From the NCBI GenBank assembly GCA_951406725.2, contig OX597817.1:78864001-78928000 (forward strand): DNA of 64,000 bases, in the 5' to 3' direction. The notes below the pieces were generated by a model. It saw nothing but the letters and a program-made list of their open reading frames with translations. It searched no databases and was not told the DNA's origin. The translations under genes and the position numbers were made by a program. Positions 35,180 to 48,771 of this stretch are shown piece by piece. Position 1 is the first letter of the stretch; each line of letters begins with the position of its first letter. Source of the stretch: Octopus vulgaris (lineage: Eukaryota).

Positions 35180-36320
35180 ATCCTTGTACATCAAAGAATG
35201 GAAATATTCGAAGAGGATTTTATTAAAATTATTGCAAAAGTGAAATTTAAATCACACTAATATCTTCTAAAATGATTTAAAAGAGCAACTTTAACCTTTA
35301 CAAAATTCAAGCAACCTATTTGTGCAAGCAGAAAATTCTAAACATGTCTATAATGCTAATAGAAATACATGAACTTGATTACTACTAGCCAATATAATGA
35401 ATACATTGAATAACCCTAGACCATTTAATAAATGATCAGGCAAAGGAGTTAGCTGCACATTTAAAATTATATAGTAGTACTGAACGCTTCAGTCAACATA
35501 AGTGGTATTTCACGCTCAAGGAACACAAAGAAAACTTCACTAACGATCATAAATAGAGACTAATAAACTCCATGAAAAGCAAATTAGGTATAATCAGTAA
35601 GCATATATTAGATTCCATTAATACAAGAATTAGATTAGCTACTAATTTAACATAATGGATTGTAATTGAGCCACCATTAAGTGGTTTTACAATATCATCG
35701 ATAAACCCAGCTGTAGTTTTATCCAGTTCAATATTGATGAATTTAAACAACTCTTCTCCAGAAACTTTCTTCTGAAAACCTTAGAATTTAGTAAAATATA
35801 TGTCACCGTAATTAGTACAATAAAGAATGTGAGAAAGTTCTCTTGTTTCATTTTTTTATGTTGCAATATTTTTTACTAGAGTATTAAGTGAGGAAATGAA
35901 ACTTCAATATATATCTTTAGAGTTTTGATGGTGCTGAAATATTTGATCATGTTGCCTTTCTTTTTATACATGCATTTAGAAAAAGTGAAGCTAATTTCAG
36001 ATTATACAGAGATGATCAGCTTGATGCATTATGCCACAGAAATGGACATGGCACAAACAGATTTTAGAAAGAAATTAATCAGCCTTTTTAGGTAGTTAAA
36101 ATTTACTTAATCAACAAACACACACCTAAAAGATTTTTAAGCATCCATCTTGATATAACATGATATAAATTTGATCACAACTACTCTTCCATTAATATTA
36201 TCATTAAATATGCCTGCAGCAACATTTAGAAGCATTTCCAATCTACCTTTAAATAAAGACTTATTCTATAAGGTCCCTATATAACAACAATGCATTGAGG
36301 AGATAAGAGTTACTCAAAAA
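35180..36320 (+). mobile_element. decayed Penelope-like RT, Naiad/Chlamys-like
   Basis: FTLKEHKENFTNDHK*RLINSMKSKLGIISKHILDSINTRIRLATNLT*W, IKWF..CSFIQFNIDEF, SFDGAEI, LYRDD. These resemble the FITLKDHKxNF..CRLINPxKSExGxISK / QFDI / MGSFDGAE / YRDDGL pattern. Confidence 0.8.
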
Positions 36321-36353
36321 TTTTAGAGAATATTCAATGCTTATTATTATTAT

Positions 36354-37438
36354 ACTGTTTGACTTTTGCTTTATATTTGTACAAGTTGGCTCCAAGTCTC
36401 ACCCAGAGACCTCAAGAGGCAACAGGCTGGAAGTTCGTATTGTTGTTATGCCTAGTGTGCCATATATTTGGTTTTGTATTTAGTGTTGTACTAGTGAATG
36501 CCTAAAGAAAAAAGTTATGTTTGTTTTAAAACTTGAGGTTACATAGAAAGTATTTTGCGTAGGATATGAGCAGTTCCCATGAGAACTATCTTTTGAATTT
36601 CTGCCATTTTGGGGTTTCCTGGTATCTGAGTTAGGTAGCGATCAGCCCCTTTTGCTATCATTCTCAGGGCACCTATGACAACAGGTATTGTTTTAGTCTT
36701 CAGGTTCCACATTTTGCTGATTTCTATTTCAAGATCTTTATATTTGCTCAGTTTTTGGTAGGTCTTGACAGATACATTTATATCGATTCGGACAGTCATA
36801 TTAATGAGGAGGCATGTTCTTTGTTTGAAGTCTTTCAATATGATGTCTGGCCTATTTGCATCTATCTTTCTGTCAGTTTGAATGGGGAAGTTCCAGAGGA
36901 GTGAGATGTGGTCATTTTCAAGCACTGGAGGTGGTTTGTGTTCCCACCAGTTTTTTTCATGGGGCAAATCCAGGTTTTTGCAGATTACCCAGTGAATATA
37001 TTGTGCAGCTCTATCATGCCTGTTGAGATACTCTGTAGGCGCTAGAAGACTGCACTTGGAGACAACATGATCAATGGTTTCATTTTATTGTTGACATACA
37101 CGACATGTTGGGCTACTGCCGTTCTTTAATATGTTGGCCTGGTAGTTCCTTGTCGGTAGGCATTGATCTTGAGCTGCTGTGATAAACCCTTCGGTTTCAG
37201 ATTTTAAGCCAGAGGCCATTAGCCATTGATGTGTCAGGGCTTTGTCAACATCTTCATTATTTGCTCTCTTTGGGTATTTGCCATAGAGAGGTTTTTCTTG
37301 CCATTTATCATTCAGAATATCTAAGGCAGCAGTTTTAGCACGGGTTTTCATGCATTTAGCTTTTTCTGTGCTTGATTCTTGTATGTCTAATTCCGAAATT
37401 TGTTGTATTCGGAATTCACTTAGATATTCCTTTGCCTT
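36354..37438 (-). mobile_element. young 5'-truncated R4/Dong-type LINE (CCHC knuckle, RLE, 3' UTR)
   Basis: One frame of about 300 codons (37438 to 36539) with a single internal stop: ETEGFITAAQDQ..CRVCQQ*NETIDHVVSKC..YLNRHD..NRPDIIL..KLSKYKDLEIEI..PVVIGAL. (TAA)n on both flanks. Confidence 0.95.
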
Positions 37439-37479
37439 ATTATTATTATCATTATTATTATCATTATGGTTATTTCTTT

Positions 37480-38155
37480 TTTTTTCCTTCTTTCAATTTT
37501 GTTTCCATTTCTTACTGAGAGTCTTCCTGACACCTAGAGCAAAGAAACTCACAGCATACATTGGTAGGCCATGAAAATGAACACACCAGATTGCTCATTT
37601 ACAAAATTAAGTTATGTGATAGGAAAAAAAACAGAAAAATGAAAAAATGAAAAAATAAGAAAACAAAGAAAAAAGAGGAAAAAGGAATGAAAATTCACAG
37701 CAACAATGCTCTTCTCATTGCATGTGATGTACCAGTTAAAACAATCTTTTACAGTTCTTGCATGGATGGTAATCTAGGGGTCATTCTAAAAAATAATTTT
37801 CAGTTCTCTTCTATGATCATTCTAGGTCCTCCTACAATCACTAGTGTTGTAACCATCTGAGATGCCACATTTTTTTTGATTTCAGTGAACGAATTTTTAT
37901 ATTCCTGAGTTTGTCAAATTCTTTTGCCAAGATATTATGATCACAAGGAATGCTCATATTAATCAATAAACAAACTTTATTGTTCTGGCCTTTCACAACA
38001 ATATTCAGTTCATCAGCTTTCATGGTTCTGTCTGTATATACTGGAAAATCTCAAAGAATCATTACATTTTCTCCCTTAGTTACAGCCTCAGGGTAGTGCT
38101 TGTACCATTTGTCAGCAGTTTTTGATTTTATAATGCTGACATATTAACCAATATA
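37480..38155 (-). mobile_element. second RLE-LINE subfamily 3' fragment
   Basis: KADELNIVVKGQNNKVCLLINMSIPCDHNILAKEFDKL (RLE motif, decayed) plus 3' UTR. Confidence 0.8.
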
Positions 38156-38169
38156 GATTATTATTTATT

Positions 38170-38550
38170 GTCTTTGCACAGCTTCTAACGCTGGAGATGT
38201 ACTATGGTGCCAGCTGTTCACAGCCAGTGAACTAAGGTAACACCCCTTATTTTTCAAGCACCATCTGGATTATTCCAGTAGTTTCTAGTAGTGCTGTTTT
38301 CTGCAAGTGCTCCACCCTTATTGCAGCCCCTATTTATTCCATGTACTTCTCAAGATTTTTACTCACTGTTCTCAGGGCTCCAACAATTATTGATATTACT
38401 ATCACCTATTACATCGACCATAACTGCTTAACCTCCCAAGCCAACCTGTCATATCTATTGACTGTTCTTTCTTCCTTATTGCATAACTTGATGTAAGCAT
38501 TGTTTTCTTTCTCAATTAACACTATGTCTGGTTTCCTATTCTCTATCTCT
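38170..38550 (-). mobile_element. third RLE-LINE subfamily 3' fragment
   Basis: IENRKPDIVLIEKEN..RYDRLAWEVKQLW..IIVGALRTVSKNLEKYM..LQKTALL. Confidence 0.85.
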
Positions 38551-38552
38551 TT

Positions 38553-38745
38553 ACTCTTTTACTTGTTTCAGTCATTTGACTGTGGCCATGCTGGAGCACC
38601 ACCTTTAGTCGAGCAAATCGAGCCTACTACTTATTCTATCGGTCTCTTTTGCCGAACTACTAAGTTACGGGGACGTAAACACACCAGCATCGGTTGTCAA
38701 GCGATGTTGGGGGGGGGGGGGACAAACACAGACACACAAACATAT

Positions 38746-38802
<57 letters not shown>

Positions 38803-38862
38803 ACGGGTTCTTTCAGTTGCTGTCTACCAAATCTACTCTCAAGGTTTTGGTCGGGACCGAGG
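38553..38862 (-). mobile_element. SINE family A with internal (TA)n
   Basis: Reverse complement of family A body. Confidence 0.85.
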
Positions 38863-38913
38863 TTATCTCTTCATCATCATTATTATAATTATAATTATTA
38901 TTATTATTATCAT

Positions 38914-38947
<34 letters not shown>

Positions 38948-38948
<1 letters not shown>

Positions 38949-39467
38949 AGGTGGCGAGCTGGCAGAATTGTTAGCATGCTAGACAAAATGCTTAGTGATA
39001 ATTTCCCCATCGCTACATTCTGAATTCAAGTTCTGCCAAGGTCAGCTTTGCCTTTCATCCTTTCGGAAGTCAATAAATTTAGTACCAGTGAAACACTGGG
39101 ATCGATGTAATCTGCTTAGTCCCTCTCCACAAAATGTCAGCTCTTGTGCCTATATTAGAAAGGATTATTATTGTTATTAGTGAAGGTGCATGGCTTAGTG
39201 GTTAGGGTATTTGACTCCCGATCGCAAGGTCGTATGTTCAATTCCCAGGGACATGTTGTGTCCTTGATTAAGACACTTTATTTCTCATTGCTCCAGTTCA
39301 CTCAACTGGCAAAAATTACTAGTACCTGTATTTCAAAGGGCCAGCCTTGTCCACTGTGCCATGTGTATCTCTGGAGTGCTCAGCCACTTGCACGTTAATT
39401 TCATTAGCAGGCTGTTCCATTGACCCAATCAACTGGAATCCTTGTCATAACCAACTGAGTACCAATA

Positions 39468-39504
<37 letters not shown>

Positions 39505-40597
39505 TATAATAATAATTAGACAGTGAGCTGGCAGAATCATTAGCGTGTCAGGAGAAATGCTTAGTGGTATTTTGCCTATTGCTCTGTACTAAGTTCAAAT
39601 TCTGCCAAGGTTGACTTTGCCTTTCATCCTTTCAAGGTCAATAAATTAAGTACCGGTGAAACACTAGGGTCGATGTAATCAACTAGTACCCTCCCCCAAA
39701 ATTTCGAATTAGATAGACCCCAGTACACTACTGGTATTTAATTTATCAACCCCGAAAGGATAAAAGGTGAAGTCAACCTCAATGGAATTTGAACTCAGAA
39801 CATAAAGACAGATGAAATACCACTAAGCATTTTGCCCAGTGTGCTAATGATTCTGCCAGCTTGCCACATTCAATGATGAATATAACATGAGGAAAATGAT
39901 GAGGATGATGATGATGAATATGATGATAAAGATGGTGATGATGATGTTCATTTTGTATCTGATTACCATTGCACGTTTTAGTACTGACTGTGTAATTAAT
40001 GTATGCAGATTAACGAAATAATTCTTCATGCACTCATTCAGTGGCCAAGCATTACTGACTCATGTAGTAATGTCAAACATATGCTGTCCCATATAGGACA
40101 GCTCTGTCTTTCAAACAAGACTGCTATGAAGATTACTCCACTGCAAGAGAATAAGCAATAGAATAAGCACCAGCTGAGTACTGGGGTCAATGTAATCGAC
40201 TTAACCCTCACCAAAATTTCAGGCCTTGTGCCTATAGAAGACAGGATTATAATCATTATTATTATTATTATTGTGAAGGTGCATGGCTCAGTGGTTAGAG
40301 CATCGAGCTTACGATCGTGAGGTTGTGAGCTCGAATCCTGGACCAGGCTGCGTGTTGTGTTCGTACTTGAGCAAAGCACTTTATTTCATGTTGCTCCAGT
40401 TCACTCAGCTGTAGAAATGAGTTGTGATGTCACTGGTGCCAAGCTGTATCAGCCGTTACCTTTCCCTTGGATAACACCAGTGGCATGGAGAGGGGAGGCT
40501 GATATGCATGGGCAACTGCTTGCCTGGACTTGTGCCTGGGAGGGTAACTTTCTAGGTGCAATCCCATGGTCTGTGTCATGACCGAAGGGGGTCTCAG
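38948..40597. mobile_element. SINE pile-up in (TTA)n: B+ 38948-39170, C+ 39183-39465, B+ 39499-39707, B- 39715-39868, B tail about 40160-40250, C+ 40275-40597
   Basis: Each unit matches other window copies; most are separated by (TTA)n tracts. Confidence 0.85.
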
Positions 40598-40904
40598 AAT
40601 TATTATTATTATTATTACTATTATTATTATTATTATTATTTTTTTTATTATTACTATTATTATTATTATTATTATTATTATTATCATCATTACTGCATAA
40701 TTTTACTGCATTGCTAACTGTTGTGGAGTTTTATTTTTATTATCTGCAGTATGTAGTTCTGTGCGTGGGTTATTCCATATTATTATTGCTGGCGTTGCCG
40801 ATTTTTGTTTTTGTTAATATAACTGTTGTAGCTGTTGATGTAATTCTACATATAAAACACAGAAGCAGATATGCTTGAAAAAATTTACCACATCAAACCA
40901 ATAT

Positions 40905-40906
40905 GG

Positions 40907-40942
<36 letters not shown>

Positions 40943-40994
40943 ATATATATAAAAATATATGTATATATATATGTATATGTATATGGATGTGTAT

Positions 40995-41031
<37 letters not shown>

Positions 41032-41476
41032 CATATATATGTATTCATATATATATATATGTATATATATATGCATGTATATGTATGTGTATATATATAT
41101 ATATATATATATTACTCTAAAATATATACATTCATATGAACATCTGTATACATATGTATATACAGTATATATATATATATGTATAATCATATATGTATGT
41201 GTGTATATATATACATTATATTGACTTTTAAAATTCTATTTTATATATTTTTTTCCATAATGGTTACTAAAACTGGGAGGGGGTTTATGAATATTAATTT
41301 TCCTTTTCATTCATTTACTGTAATTTATTTTTTGACTATACAGATTTTTTTCACTAATTTCATTCACACATGCATGATTTTTAATATTTTTGAATTTTTT
41401 TTTTTGGTAAAAGGGTTGGGAGTATAAATTCTACTTTAAACATTTAATTATACAGTTCAGATTCCATAATCTCTTC

Positions 41477-41527
<51 letters not shown>

Positions 41528-41625
41528 CATCATTATCATTTTTATTATTACTATTATTATTATTATCATTATTATTATTATTATTGTTGTTGATGTTGTT
41601 GTTGTTATCATTATTCCTCCTCCTC

Positions 41626-41659
<34 letters not shown>

Positions 41660-41682
41660 CATCATCATTAATATTATTAATT

Positions 41683-41736
<54 letters not shown>

Positions 41737-42540
41737 TTATATTTGTACAAATGTAATTTTTCTTTATAGTCTGTTTCATTTCGACATTTAAAAAAAAAAA
41801 ATCATTTCCCTGTTTCTCTATCTGCCACAGGAACTGAGTGTAACTTTTGTCTTTTTTTTTTGACAATTGTATATACTTTGCTTCTTTTTGTATGCTGTTC
41901 CTTTTGTGTGTGCATATGCATGTGTGTGTGTGTGTGTGTGTGTGTACATGTGTGAGCATGTGTGCACACGTGAGTGTACCCCCTTTTTTTCTGCCCACCT
42001 GTATTGTCTGCCCATATAACAAAATTTATGAATTCAATTTGTTTCTTTATTTCTTCATTGTTTTGTTTGATGTTGACGTTGTTACTATAGCAGTTGTGCT
42101 ACTTGTTCATGTTCTTGTTATTGCAGTTGTTGTTTTAGTATTCACTGTCTGCGGTTATCATTATTATTGTCTAGTATTTTGGGAAATATGGTCATTGAAA
42201 GTACAAAGTACATCTCGTTTTTTTTTTATTATGCACCAACCCCCAAAATGTGTATGTTCCCCACAACACACACACACACACTTACAAATAAGCAAAAACA
42301 TAGACACAAACTCACACAAGCACATACACACACACTCTCATGTAAATTCACACACACACAAAACACATATATGTATGTGTATGTCTCATCTATATTCAAA
42401 CATATACCTTAAATATCTATATCTATCTTCCTTATATATATATATATGTGCACGTGTGTATGTGTGTGTATATATATATATATTTATATGCATATATGTA
42501 TACACCCACACATATATTCAATTATGCATATATTATGTAC

Positions 42541-42579
<39 letters not shown>

Positions 42580-42772
42580 TGTATTTATACATATTATACA
42601 CAAATACATATATACATATATATATATTTATACAAATATATATATGTACATTTATATGTATTTGTGTATAATATGTATAAATACATTCATATATATATAT
42701 ATATATGAATTATATATATATATATAATTGTACATAATATATGATAATTATACAATTATATATATATATATA

Positions 42773-42820
<48 letters not shown>

Positions 42821-42890
42821 TGTATTTATACATATTATACACAAATACATATATACATATATATATATTTATACAAATATATATATGTAC

Positions 42891-42921
<31 letters not shown>

Positions 42922-42927
42922 CAAATA

Positions 42928-42993
<66 letters not shown>

Positions 42994-43578
42994 TATATTG
43001 TGTGTGTATATATATATACACATATAAATACACTGATGTATATATATGTTATACATTATATGGATATTTAGAATATATACTCATACATACCTATATACAT
43101 ATGTGTACGTACACACATACATTATACATGTGTGTACATATTAATATGAACACATTTGTATGTGTGTATATCCACACATTTTGTGTGATTATATGTGAGT
43201 ATGTTTGTGTGTATATATGTGTGTGTGTGTGTTTGTGTGTAGGTGTGTGTGTGTGTGAAATTGCATTTAAAAATACTGCAATAATTGAAAGTTAACAGGG
43301 GATAAACCTTTTGTTCAATTACACTAACTTTAGCAACACAGGTAAATTTGAAACCTATGTTTAAATAACTGCTTTTTCATGTCTGTTTGCATATCTGTAT
43401 ATATACATATGTTATGCACATATAAATATATAAATATATATATATATACGTGTGTGTGTGTTTGTGTGTATGTATATATATATATACACATATGTGTGTG
43501 TGTGTATATACATGTATATATGTAGATAGATAGATATAGATATACACACACATGTACATATTTATATGCATATGAGTA

Positions 43579-43626
<48 letters not shown>

Positions 43627-43641
43627 CAGACATACATACAT

Positions 43642-43696
<55 letters not shown>

Positions 43697-43710
43697 TATA
43701 TACATATGTC
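40905..43710. repeat. extended low-complexity region: (TA)n, (TTA)n, (TG)n, (CA)n
   Basis: Direct reading; (TTA)n at 41477-41740, (TA)-rich at 40905-41215, 42430-43050 and 43420-43710. Confidence 0.9.
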
Positions 43711-44239
43711 TAGTTCTTGGTTATTTATGCTTCTGTATATGCCTGATATGGAATGACTGTTGTAGTATGAAAAAATATAAAAAATGCAATGTTTAATTGA
43801 AGTTCTGGACATGGTAAAAAGTCATGGTTCAACTCTTCTTTTAATTACTACATCATGTTGATAAGGTCTATTTGTTTGTTTGACTGCTGCTATTCTATTG
43901 TTTGTTTATGTGTGGGTGTATGTGTGTGTAAATGTGTGCATTTGTTTATGAATGCGTGTGAGCGTTTGTGTGTATGAGTGTTTGTATTTGCTAACACACT
44001 TTGTACATGAGTCTGTGTGATTGTTTGTATGTGAATACGTACATATATGCCTTTTTCTATGTTTATTTGCATATGTGATTGCAAATATTACTGTTTAGGC
44101 ACACGTAGATTTTTCTGTGCATGTTAAATTATGTATATGTACGCACACATGTATTCATGCACACATATAAATGTATGGGCTTATATATGTAAATATACAT
44201 GTATACACACACACACACACACACACATATATACATATT

Positions 44240-45025
44240 CTTTAGTTTATTCCTTTACTTGTTTCAGTAATTTGACTGCAGCCATGCTGGAGCATCACCT
44301 TGAAGGATTTTAGTCAAACAAATCAACTGAAGACTTATTTTTTAAAGCCTAGTACCTATTCTATCAATCACTTTTGCTGAACTGCTTAGTTACATGGATA
44401 TAAACACACCAACACTAGTTATCAAGTGGTGATGGGGGAGACAAGCACAGGCACAAAGGCACACATAAATTAACACACACACACATTTATACATATATAT
44501 ATATATATATATATATATGACAGGCTTCTTTCAGTTTCCAACTACCAAATCCACTCACAAGGCTTTGGTCAGCCTGAGGCCACACCTTTGATGAAGAATT
44601 TTATAAAATAAATTTTTCATAGGCATAAGAGTGACTGTGTGGTAAGTAGCTTACTTGTGAACCACATGATTTCAGGTTCAGTCCCACTGCATGGCACCTT
44701 GAGCAAGTGTCTTCTACCATAGCCTCGGGCCAACTAAAGCCTTGTGAGTGGATTTTGTAGATGGAAACTGAAAGAAGACCGTTGTATATATGTATATATA
44801 TATGTGTGTGTGTGTATATGTTTGTGTGTCTGTGTTTGTCTCCCCCAACATTGCTTGACAATCGATGCTGGTGTGTTTACGTCCCCGTAGCTTAGTGGTT
44901 TGGCAAAAGAAACCAATAAAATAAGTACTAGGCTTACAAAGAATAAGTCCTGGAGTTGATTTGCTCGACTAAAGGCGGTGCTCTAGCATGGCCACAGTCA
45001 CATGACTGAAACGAGTAAAAGAGAA
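44240..45025. mobile_element. inverted pair of SINE A copies (minus 44240-44580, plus 44620-45025)
   Basis: The two copies are reverse complements over about 330 bp. Confidence 0.9.
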
Positions 45026-45261
45026 TTTAATTAATAATTAGGTGTTTTGAACATATATTATTAATGAAATTATGATGAATGGCTTTCATTTAGATCACTT
45101 TAACTCATAAAGTTTGTACCATAGGGCCATAGGTAATTTTAGGCAAGATGGTATCAAAAGGGCTAACAGATATTATTATGACGAAAATTGAATACAGGGC
45201 TATTCAATATTTATTGGAATATTCGCTAAAATATTACACGTGTTTATCAATAGGTATAACC

Positions 45262-45590
45262 ATCGTCATCATCATCATCATCATTTAATATCTGCCCTCC
45301 ATGCTAGCATGGGTGGGACAGTTTCACAAGAGCTGGCCAGGCCAAAGCCTGCACCAGACTTCTGTGACTGTTTTGGCCAGATTTTTACAGCTGGATGCCC
45401 TTTCTAACACCAACCACTCAGCAGAGTGAACTTAGTGGTTTTTATGTGGCACAAGCACAGGCGAGGTCAGTTTTAGCAAGGTTTTTACAGCTGGATGCCC
45501 TTCTGAACACCAACCACTTTACTGTGTGGACTGAGTGCTTTTAAGTGGTATCTGCACTGACTAGGTCACCAAGTACTTGCAAGAACAAGA
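45262..45590 (-). mobile_element. RTE-type 3' tail with internal duplication
   Basis: (CAT)n..CCATGCTAGCATGG..; TTTTTACAGCTGGATGCCCTT..AACACCAACCACT occurs twice (45382, 45482). Confidence 0.8.
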
Positions 45591-46289
45591 AAAAAATCTT
45601 ATTCTATTTTAGTGTTGAACTTACAGTTCTATGGCCCTGAACTTTTGAGAGTTAAATGTGAATGACGCATAAATGCAACATGTAGGTTGTGGTAGGATGT
45701 GAACTATCATTCATTTGGGTCAAGATATTAAATTCTATTGACTGATCTAATGCATAATTCTCTCTCTCTCTTACAGCAGATGTATGTGAATAAATATCAC
45801 ATATTTACAAGTGTAAAAGCATACAGTTACACACAAATATGTGCAGGAAAATAAATAATCTTATTCACATGCACACATGCATTTATACATACTACATACA
45901 TATGTGTAGATTCTGGGTTCAGTGCCACTGAGTGGCACCTTGGGCAAATGCCTTCCACTATAGCCACAGGCTGACCAAAGCCTTGTGAGTGGATTTTGTA
46001 GATGGAAAATGAAAGAAGACCATTATATGTGTGTGTGTATGTGCATGGGCATGATTTTGCATGTGTGCATGCATGCATGCATGTGTGTGTGTATGTTATT
46101 TTGTGTCTGTGTTTGTCCTCCCCCGACAGTTGGCAACCGGTATTGCTGTGTTTATGTCCACATTACTTAGCAGTTTGGGATAAGAGATTGATAAAATAAG
46201 TACTAATCTAAAAATGAAAAATTACTCCTGAGGTCAATATGTTCACATGACCATAATCAAATGACTCAAACAAGTTAAAACATTCTTCT

Positions 46290-46930
46290 ACATGGAAACT
46301 TTCTATTTTTTTACTTCAACATTTTTAGCATCCAGTTTTGTGATCCAAGTATTATATGCACCAATTCAAACGTTTATATACAGACAGATTTCTCTAAATA
46401 TGGTTTAAATGTGGTTTAACTGCAGATTTTTTGCTATTGGGCTACTTCTGTAACTTTCTTTGATGTCGTTACATTGATTTGTAATAAATACTTCCAGTAT
46501 AGAAGAACTCATTCACTGCTTTGACAGTTTAATTATAAATTATTATAGAATTATCCTGATCATATGTTCTTGAGACAATCATTGATTTAATTTTGTCAAA
46601 ATTAATGAATAAATCATACTGTTCTCTTTTTCTTGGAATGTCATCATCATAATCTGCAGTTCTCCTATTCTAAAAGAAATAAAAACAATATCATTCACAT
46701 ATCTGAGATGTAGGGTGACCATTTATCTCCAGTATTTTCTATAACTTCAAAATCTTTCAGAGCTTTCCTTGTTAGACTTTTGTTATAGATGTTAAACAAA
46801 ACAGGAAAAAGAATACACCCTTGTGGTATGCTTAACTCTATTGAAAACCAATCAGTGAAGCCTACTTTAGTTTTGACATTGCTATTTGTTCAGAATAAAA
46901 GTGATGTTAATGATTTTATAAGATGATGGG
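46290..46930 (-). mobile_element. decayed RTE-clade RT fragment
   Basis: GFTDWFSIELSIPQGCILFPVLFNIY and LHLRYVNDI (cf. GVRQGCILSPxLFNIY, NLRYADD). Confidence 0.8.
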
Positions 46931-47152
46931 CCTCACTGAGGGAATGATGAGAGACTGAGGCTTACAATGACTTGACATGCTTGGGAAAAAAGCCATGCAA
47001 ATAAAGCTGTAGCCCTCCATGCATGCAAGCAAGTCCTTTATGGTCTGTTCCACAGCAACATAATGAGCAATTGTGCTGGCACCATATTAAACACACATGA
47101 GTCGGTGCCACATAAAAAAATGCACATGCTGGCATCACATAAATACCCCTCA

Positions 47153-48150
47153 TGCCAGGTCTGGAGAATATGGTGGATGACAGCGTACTTCCAAGTTCAG
47201 TTCCTGTTACTCAAGTAGTGTTCTTTGTGCAACATGTGGTCAAGCATTGTCTTGCAAGAGAATTGACCTGTCTCTATTGACCAATCCTGGTTGTTTAATT
47301 GCAACTTCTCTCATCATTTCATTCAACTGGTTGATGTATACTTGACATACCAGGTCTCATGAAGCTGTAATGGATGACACCAGTGCTGGACCACCAGACA
47401 GATACCATTAGTTTTTTGGTGAATATACTTTTTTGGATCGTGGTTTGGTACTTCGTCTCTATCTAACCATTTTGCAGAATGCTTGCTATTGTTGAAAAGA
47501 ATCCATTTTTCATCACACATAACAATACAAGGCAAAAATGGTTCAATTTTATGCTGTGCCAGCAAAGAACAGCAAGTTTCAAGATAACATGTCATTTGAT
47601 GCTCGTTCAGTTCATGTGGTACCCACTTGTTCAGTTTCTTTACTTTGCTAGTTTGTTTCAGCTGGTCCAATACAGATGGAATCAAAACATCAAACTTTGT
47701 TGCTAACTCATGCATAGTTTGAGATGTTTTCACTTCCACTACAGTTTCCAGCTCATCATTATCCACCTTGGTCTCAGTTCCACCACAGGGGTGATTTTCA
47801 AAAGTAAAGTCACCAGACCGAAACTTCTCAAACCATCTACATACAGTTCACTCATTCACCACATCTTCACCAAACACCTCATTGGTGTTTCAAGCTCTCT
47901 GGAATGCATTGGTTCCACGACAGAACTTATATTCATAAACAAGAATTTTTTATCTATTCATAGGTTCACAAAAATTGACTTACAAGAGAAAACTCAAAAT
48001 ATAATTAGACACTATGAAGTGCAATTTGAAAATTGATAATCTAACTCTTTAGTGTTGTAAAACAAAGAATTGTCAGGATAAAACATTAGAGTTAACGACT
48101 GACAAACTTGGTGCATAAGAAAATCGGACATTTCATTCTTAACAACCTGA
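47153..48150 (-). mobile_element. mariner transposon, 3'-truncated
   Basis: KWVPHELN, IVMCDEKWIL, LQDNA*PHV and HPPYSPDLA motifs; 5' end TA-TCAGGTTGTTAAGAATGAAATGTCCG at 48152-48125. Confidence 0.95.
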
Positions 48151-48489
48151 TAGCATCCACTTTTCCATGCTTCCATGAGCAGAACAGAATTTGTTGTGGC
48201 AGATTTCCTATGGCCTGATGCTCTTCCTGTCATTAACTTTTACCTATATCTGAGACTACATGCTTTTTACTGAATGCTGGAAATTAATACCACTGACTGT
48301 ATTAGGGTGACACATATTTATAACTATCACAAAACCATGACAACAAAGTAAGGAAACACAATCACGCATACACACACCAACTTATATATGAGAGCCTTCT
48401 TTCATTTTCCATCTCCTACATCATCTCACAAGAATTTGTTCTGGGGTTTTAGCAGAGTATACTTGTTCAAGGTGCTGCTTTATGTAACT

Positions 48490-48770
48490 GAACTGGAAAT
48501 TATATGGTCAGGAAGCAAACTTGTTCACTATGCAAGCATACTTGCACCACATATACACATACATTACACATACATACATACATACATACATACATACACA
48601 CACACATAGGTGCAGATGTGGCTGTGTGGCAAGAAGCTTGCTTCCCAACCACATGGTTCTGGGTTCAGTCCCACTATGAGGCATCTTGGGCAAGTATGTT
48701 CGTTTAACCTCAGGCCTACCAAAACCATGTGAATGGGTTTGGTAGATGGAAATTGAAATAATCCCCTTGT
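48490..48770. mobile_element. SINE A heads in opposite orientations around (TACA)n
   Basis: Decayed minus-strand head before about 48545; plus-strand head 48608-48770. Confidence 0.65.
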
Positions 48771-48771
48771 A

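Noticed and set aside
40750-40878. Hydrophobic TM-like exon after CTGCAG
   Set aside because: Hydrophobicity follows from T-rich composition next to (TTA)n; no donor site or homology recognised.
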